From a virus (lineage: Duplodnaviria; Caudoviricetes), in the IMG/VR virus record IMGVR_UViG_3300047480_000376, positions 1 to 61,709 of that record: a stretch of 61,709 bases of DNA; one strand, given 5' to 3'. Below the pieces are notes generated by a model. The model was not told where the DNA came from. It searched no databases and was given only the letters and a program-made list of their open reading frames with translations. Numbering within the stretch: the stretch's first letter is position 1; each line of letters begins with the position of its first letter. The position numbers were made by a program, and so were the translations under genes. Of the stretch, positions 56,818 through 61,709 are shown one piece after another.

Positions 56818-57615
56818 TTAATCGTCATATCCGACCCAAGTGCCACCAGATCCTTCGAATGTATCGACGAACGAGTATCCCCTGAATACGTTTGCGTATT
56901 CACCATTAAATACTCCGGCTTTGAGTAGACCATTATTCTCGAACGAATCAACTGCTGTTTCAACTATAATTGCTACACCATTATAGCGATTAGCAGTAGG
57001 ATTATATTCTAAGTTACCATTACAACCGATTATGTTACCATTATTAATGATATTCAATCCATTAATGAATTGTTTATCTATCAATAGTGCAGGTTTGCTT
57101 GGATGTGTAGAACCAATATCACCGTTGATAGTTACGTTTACTTCTGAAACTCCATTCCATCCCAATTCAATCAGATGGTTGTATAAGTTGATGTTATAAT
57201 TTTCACCAACTATAGTAAATGATTGCTGATGTCCAACAGGGATTTGTATGTCATCAATTTGAGATAGCAATACGTCTTCGCCAGTAACTAAAACAAAGTT
57301 ACCATCTGAGTCAATGTAGTAAGATCTTAGTGTATCTTCCCACTTCCACTGTTCATATTTAACTTCTTCTCTTGTAAACTGAAGTGTATGATCTTCGTTT
57401 CTTCCATCGAACCAATCATCACCTGGTATATCATAGTCTGCAAATTCTACAGGCATCGCTGTACCAAATAACTCATATTCTTGGTTTGGATCGTTCAATT
57501 TAGCTTTTAGGAGATATAAATCTCCGTCTTCAGTGCGTCTTAAGGCAAACAAATATGTGCCATCTGAACTTTTGAAGTTTTCTACTGATTTTCCTAATAC
57601 GTATGGTGTTGTCAT
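56818..57615 (-). CDS. Putative structural protein
   Basis: LRRT.DG.LYL, YEQWKW...YYID.DG; late operon context. Confidence 0.65.
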   Translation of the reverse strand: MTTPYVLGKSVENFKSSDGTYLFALRRTEDGDLYLLKAKLNDPNQEYELFGTAMPVEFADYDIPGDDWFDGRNEDHTLQFTREEVKYEQWKWEDTLRSYYIDSDGNFVLVTGEDVLLSQIDDIQIPVGHQQSFTIVGENYNINLYNHLIELGWNGVSEVNVTINGDIGSTHPSKPALLIDKQFINGLNIINNGNIIGCNGNLEYNPTANRYNGVAIIVETAVDSFENNGLLKAGVFNGEYANVFRGYSFVDTFEGSGGTWVGYDD

Positions 57616-57624
57616 GTCTTACCC

Positions 57625-57966
57625 TTATGTGTATGTAATAACAACTAAACTGAATACGACGTCTAACGCGTCATACGTATCACAAACTACACTAACACTA
57701 TTTGATGGAGCAAGCAATAGCTTTTCACCACCATTGATTACGCGAGCGCTGCTGTTTGGTGCTATCTCTAAGTCTTTGACATAATGTCCTTTTACACCAA
57801 GTGCATCAGTAACATATATTGATGCTTTTACAACTTGTTGTGTTAGGTTGGCTAAGCTTAAACCAACACATGCTCCCTTTTGGTTAGCAGCAGTAGAAAT
57901 TAAGGTAACTTCAGTTTTACCTAAATCTTTTACAACTTTATTTGTAATATTACTTACTGATGCCAT
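57625..57966 (-). CDS. Small virion structural protein
   Basis: GLSLAN, GGEKL.L, D...S motifs of cyanophage-type small structural proteins. Confidence 0.7.
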   Translation of the reverse strand: MASVSNITNKVVKDLGKTEVTLISTAANQKGACVGLSLANLTQQVVKASIYVTDALGVKGHYVKDLEIAPNSSARVINGGEKLLLAPSNSVSVVCDTYDALDVVFSLVVITYT

Positions 57967-57969
57967 ATT

Positions 57970-58251
57970 TTATCCAAAAATAATTGATTGAACTAGTGCG
58001 ATCTCTTCTGCACCTTCAGCGTTAACAGCGTCACCAGCTTGAGCTACTGATTGCCATTCTTCATCTGTATTATAAACTTCAACAACGCTTCGGTCTTCGT
58101 TATATCGAATAGTTCCGATTTTAGCTGTTCCTAGCCCAGCTGTTCCTGGTCTATCGCCGTCTCCACCAAATGGAATGACTAGCTGTCTACCAGGTGCATT
58201 ATCAACGACAAAGTCATCTTGCACTATTAGTGGTTTATTTACGGTTGCCAT
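57970..58251 (-). CDS. Small structural protein
   Basis: IP.G....RP....G.IRYN.....E.Y....W; ends SIIFG. Confidence 0.7.
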   Translation of the reverse strand: MATVNKPLIVQDDFVVDNAPGRQLVIPFGGDGDRPGTAGLGTAKIGTIRYNEDRSVVEVYNTDEEWQSVAQAGDAVNAEGAEEIALVQSIIFG

Positions 58252-58257
58252 AGCCTA

Positions 58258-58265
58258 TATTTATA
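58258..58265 (-). promoter_or_regulatory. T4-type late promoter
   Basis: TATAAATA. Confidence 0.7.
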
Positions 58266-58267
58266 CC

Positions 58268-58741
58268 TTATGCCTGAACGACTGTTCTAGTAAACTTGAA
58301 CGTCGTATTAGTATTTGCTGGAGTTGCTAATAATCTTATATCATCTCCGCTCTTATCAGCATCAAACGTAGCAAGCTGTGAACCAGTAAACATTAAACCA
58401 TAACGAGTAATAAACACATCTGTACCATCATGCATTAAAAGGATCTCAATAGTCTGATAACCGCCTGTTGCATGTGTACACTGTACAACATATTTAGCAG
58501 AACGATAAAGCGATGCATCAAATGTATCAATCACTTGATCTGCTGTGGTTGTAGTAGCATCAAAGTAATTTGCTTGTACTGTACCAATAGATTGCGATAA
58601 TACTGTACCATCATCACGCTTAGTGAAGATCTTTGCATCGGCTGTATTAATTGCTAGTTCAGCTTGATACAAAGAAGCTGCTGAAGGTTCTACATCATGT
58701 GTAGTATTCTTCTTAAGCGTTATAATAGTTCCGTTAGACAT
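58268..58741 (-). CDS. Structural protein
   Basis: P....L...ELAINTAD.KIF; IDTF....YRSAKY.VQ...E.L..HDG. Confidence 0.7.
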   Translation of the reverse strand: MSNGTIITLKKNTTHDVEPSAASLYQAELAINTADAKIFTKRDDGTVLSQSIGTVQANYFDATTTTADQVIDTFDASLYRSAKYVVQCTHATGGYQTIEILLMHDGTDVFITRYGLMFTGSQLATFDADKSGDDIRLLATPANTNTTFKFTRTVVQA

Positions 58742-58944
58742 TACTCTTTAATCTCTGATTGTTGAAAGTCATCTTGACTTTCTTCTTTACTCTTTTCAGC
58801 TTCTAAAGCTTTGACTCTTTCTGTGGCGATTGCCAATTGAGTCTCTAACATGATGACCTTATTCATCAAATCAGCTATAGCTCTTTGCTGTCTTTCTACA
58901 AACTTATTAACAAATTGTTGACTTGCTTCAACTTGCTCTGCCAT
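58741..58944 (-). CDS. Small coiled-coil protein
   Basis: 67 aa; TAATG-coupled to the next gene. Confidence 0.65.
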   Translation of the reverse strand: MAEQVEASQQFVNKFVERQQRAIADLMNKVIMLETQLAIATERVKALEAEKSKEESQDDFQQSEIKE

Positions 58945-58962
58945 AATATAGTCCTTTTAATA

Positions 58963-60353
58963 TTAATATGTGCCGCAATCAATGTGGCTGAAAATTGGTA
59001 AACCAGATGCATTCATCTGTAAAACTTGGCCAGTTGTATCACCGCCGTTATATACACTTGCATCATCACCTGTAATGAATGATGTATCACCATTAACATC
59101 AACCCAAGGCACTGAGTTTGCAGTGAACACTGAGAATGATAGTTCTGTTAGTAACGCATTACCAAAGCGAACATCTGATGGTGTACCAGAGAATGTATCT
59201 GCTGTGTTTGTAGCATCTTCAATGAATGTAAATCGATTTGCTGATGCATCATAACCGAAGAAACCTGACTTAGCAGCAGTACCGTTATGCCATCTAAACT
59301 CAATACCTTTATCTAAACCATCTGGTGCAGTTAATAGAGTTTCATCGCCGTTTGCATCTGACTGATAACCTAAGATCATTGTAGGATCGTTAGATTGTGA
59401 AGATGCTGCAGATACTGTTGTTGTAGTACCTTTAATTGTTAAGTTACCTTCGATAACAACAGAACCAGTATTTTGTGCACCTGTTGATGGGTCAAGGAAA
59501 AGGATATCAGAACCGAAAGTCTCGATTCTGTTATTAAAGATTCTTGTACCAACTGGAGTCGCTGCTGTTAAATCTGCAGAGAACTTTGTTGAACCATCAT
59601 TGTCTACGCGTGTACGCTCTAGACCGTCTGTGAACATGCGAATCTGGTTATTATTAGCACCAGGAGTATTTTCTACAGAAACGTATGTGTTACCATCGAT
59701 GTCTTGGAATTTAGCACCACCGATTGTGTTCCATGCAGTACCATCATAACCTTCGAAGTGGCCTAATGTACTGTTGAAACGGAACATACCTGCAGAGGAG
59801 AAGCATCGCGCGATGCTGTGTTACCTACTGCAACACGAATAGCATTTTGGCTTGATATCTGTACATAGCCAGTACCACCTGGTTGAACAAAGATATTACC
59901 GTCACCAACACGAGAAGAACCGATAGTGTCGATGAATAAGTCTGTACCGCGAGCATCAGACTCAAATCTAATTTCACCAGTACCGTTTGCTTCTAAGAAT
60001 AAGTTTCCGTTAGTTTCGGTGATAGAAACTTTATTACCGTCAACTTTAATATTATCAACGAATAATTCATTGATCTTTTTATCTGAATCTGTAAGGATAG
60101 CTGAGTTAGCGGATAAGATACCATTTTCATGGTCCAACATATCCATGTAGTACTTACCACCGATATGTACGATATCAGTAGCTTCACCAGCAACTTCTGT
60201 TCCAGTACCAATGTATAAGCGATCACCACCGTTTGTAGAAACAACACCTTCAATAGGTAATTGTTGTAAGTATGAATACGCTAATTCACCAGTAGCAAGC
60301 GTACTTGGTGAACCGCTTGTACCGGAATTTTTAATTTTAATAATTGTTGCCAT
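58963..60353 (-). CDS. Tail-fibre-like structural gene split by a one-base frameshift near 59795 (ORFs 59763-60353 and 58963-59787)
   Basis: The motif V.VG.TA.R...P..GMFRFNST...FEGY.G..W spans the frame change. Confidence 0.7.
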
Positions 60354-60356
60354 GGC

Positions 60357-60605
60357 TTAGTACTTTCCTCCGATGATTTTTACTTTTGATCGCGGATGAT
60401 CTACGATGTTTGTTAGTTTAAATTTAGCAGTATCAGCATCATATATCATCATAGCACCATCTTCGAGTTCTGTGGCGTCAATGTCGTTAAGATCAAGTAA
60501 ATTTAGAGACGTAATACCCAGCGCGAATGTTCGAACTGTTACTGGTGTCTCTAATTTAATTCTAGACTTTAAAGTAGTCTGTACTGGATTTTGATATGTT
60601 GGCAT
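60357..60605 (-). CDS. Small structural protein
   Basis: L.DL.DID...L.DG....YD....KF; ends GGKY. Confidence 0.65.
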   Translation of the reverse strand: MPTYQNPVQTTLKSRIKLETPVTVRTFALGITSLNLLDLNDIDATELEDGAMMIYDADTAKFKLTNIVDHPRSKVKIIGGKY

Positions 60606-60943
60606 TATGCTGGTCTCGTTGCTCTTGGAGTTACTACGACCTGTCCTTCAACTACTCGAATGACAGTCCCTAAAGTTGCATGCACGATCTCGATATCGTA
60701 CACATAACGACCATCACGAAGACCTGACGTCAACGCATTACCAACAGTGATCTTTATTTCACCTTGGTTTGTTGTCTTCTCACAAGTTATTGTTGTGGCT
60801 GTGAGAGATTGATAGGTTTTTCTAATTTGACCACGAACATTATAGTTTGTAAGATCCAATGGGTTACCAATAGAATCTTCAACGTCCAGCGTGGCTACAA
60901 AGTCAGAACCTTGATCGATAACTAGGTTAACGAGTTGAGCCAT
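60605..60943 (-). CDS. Small structural protein (BppU N-terminal-like)
   Basis: NLVIDQGSDF, DLT.Y....QIRK, GRYVYDIEI...RVVEG...VTP. Confidence 0.75.
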   Translation of the reverse strand: MAQLVNLVIDQGSDFVATLDVEDSIGNPLDLTNYNVRGQIRKTYQSLTATTITCEKTTNQGEIKITVGNALTSGLRDGRYVYDIEIVHATLGTVIRVVEGQVVVTPRATRPA

Positions 60944-60976
60944 TGATAAAAATCCAAAATTGAGTTATTCTGGCTT

Positions 60977-60984
60977 TATTTATA
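60977..60984 (-). promoter_or_regulatory. T4-type late promoter
   Basis: TATAAATA. Confidence 0.75.
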
Positions 60985-60988
60985 TGAT

Positions 60989-61378
60989 TTACGGATTAGA
61001 ATCAGGCTCATTGGGATATTCTGCCCAATCTTTTTTGCTTTCGTCCCAGCGATAATAAAAACCTTCTTTTTCTGGCATTGGAGTAGGAGCTTCCCACAAA
61101 CAAGTCTCTTCATTAAGAACCCATGAATCAAAATACTTAGGTGGAATAAATGCGTCTCTCAATGGATCATACGTATATCCTTGTCCAGCGTAATTCTTTC
61201 GAAAGGGTACGCCACCATCTGGCTCCCATGTATCAGGGTGGTAGTGAACATTACCATACGTATTTCTAGATGTCTTTAACCATCTTTCTTTATCTGGGAG
61301 TTGATTGATGTAATCTTCATTTGCTACAATCACATCAGTCACTACATTATTTTCATCTATTCTTGCGTAATGTGCCAT
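60989..61378 (-). CDS. Conserved phage protein accompanying Gly-rich fibre genes
   Basis: MAHYA.ID.NN.V..VIV, FRKNYAG.GY.YD...DAFIPP, W.LNE.TC.WEAP. Confidence 0.8.
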   Translation of the reverse strand: MAHYARIDENNVVTDVIVANEDYINQLPDKERWLKTSRNTYGNVHYHPDTWEPDGGVPFRKNYAGQGYTYDPLRDAFIPPKYFDSWVLNEETCLWEAPTPMPEKEGFYYRWDESKKDWAEYPNEPDSNP

Positions 61379-61379
61379 A

Positions 61380-61709
61380 TTAAGTCGGTATTATGTAGTT
61401 AATGTAAACAAGACCGCTATCTCCAGGATTTGGTCCTACTGCTGTATAAAATGGTCCAGTGCCAGCTGCTCCTCCACCACCACGATTTGTACCTCTACCT
61501 ATACCGCTAGTACCTGAGAATCCATAACGATACCGTGCTCCTCTTCCTCCACCTGCATAGTTCTCAGCAGTGCCGTCACCGCCCGGATCAAATAATCCAC
61601 CAGGTCCACCGTTCCCGCCTTGTCTATAGTTACCTCCTCCGCCACCGCCTCCATAACCCCCTCCGCCGCCTCCAGCAGAGTTGTCACCGCTATCATAACC
61701 ACCACCTCC
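61380..61709 (-). CDS. C-terminal part of a glycine-rich fibre protein (enters from the right edge)
   Basis: Manual translation: GGGGYDSGDNSAGGGGGGYGGGGGGG...YAGGGRG...NRGGGGA...GDSGLVYINYIIPT*. Confidence 0.75.
   Translation of the reverse strand, partial: GGGGYDSGDNSAGGGGGGYGGGGGGGNYRQGGNGGPGGLFDPGGDGTAENYAGGGRGARYRYGFSGTSGIGRGTNRGGGGAAGTGPFYTAVGPNPGDSGLVYINYIIPT

Noticed and set aside
598-61705. Numerous short plus-strand and nested alternative-frame ORFs in the track
   Set aside because: They overlap well-supported minus-strand genes and lack motifs; the 61499-61705 ORF is the wrong frame of the Gly-rich gene.
1-61709. tRNAs, CRISPR arrays, introns/inteins, stop-codon reassignment
   Set aside because: None recognised by eye; core genes are uninterrupted, of normal length and read in the standard code. 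A covariance-model scan was not run.

Overview
A 61.7-kb segment of a large T4-like myophage genome with a cyano/pelagiphage-type gene order and an unknown, probably aquatic, bacterial host. All credible genes lie on the minus strand. In transcription order (right to left) the window carries: tail-fibre and structural genes; an accessory block (two paralogous Ig+propeller proteins, two unknowns, a U32-like Fe-S/methyltransferase fusion, a flavin halogenase, two 2OG-Fe(II) oxygenases, a transporter, Dps); the virion core gp13-gp23 plus gp3; uvsY/uvsW; gp55-47-46; peptide deformylase; CobT/CobS-like; gp45-44-62, with an inserted PP-loop enzyme pair; regA; hsp20; gp43; and a nucleotide-modification cluster. 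The most notable feature is a T4 gp42-like dCMP hydroxymethylase, with the cytosine-specifying Asp, encoded with two amino-acid:DNA transferase-like (aGPT-Pplase) paralogues known from thymidine hypermodification. Also visible are sigma70-type early promoters (one antisense, one implying leaderless gp43), TATAAATA late promoters, two H-type pseudoknot leaders and a ROSE-like thermometer. Family calls come from motif recognition and recalled sequences; no database searches were run.
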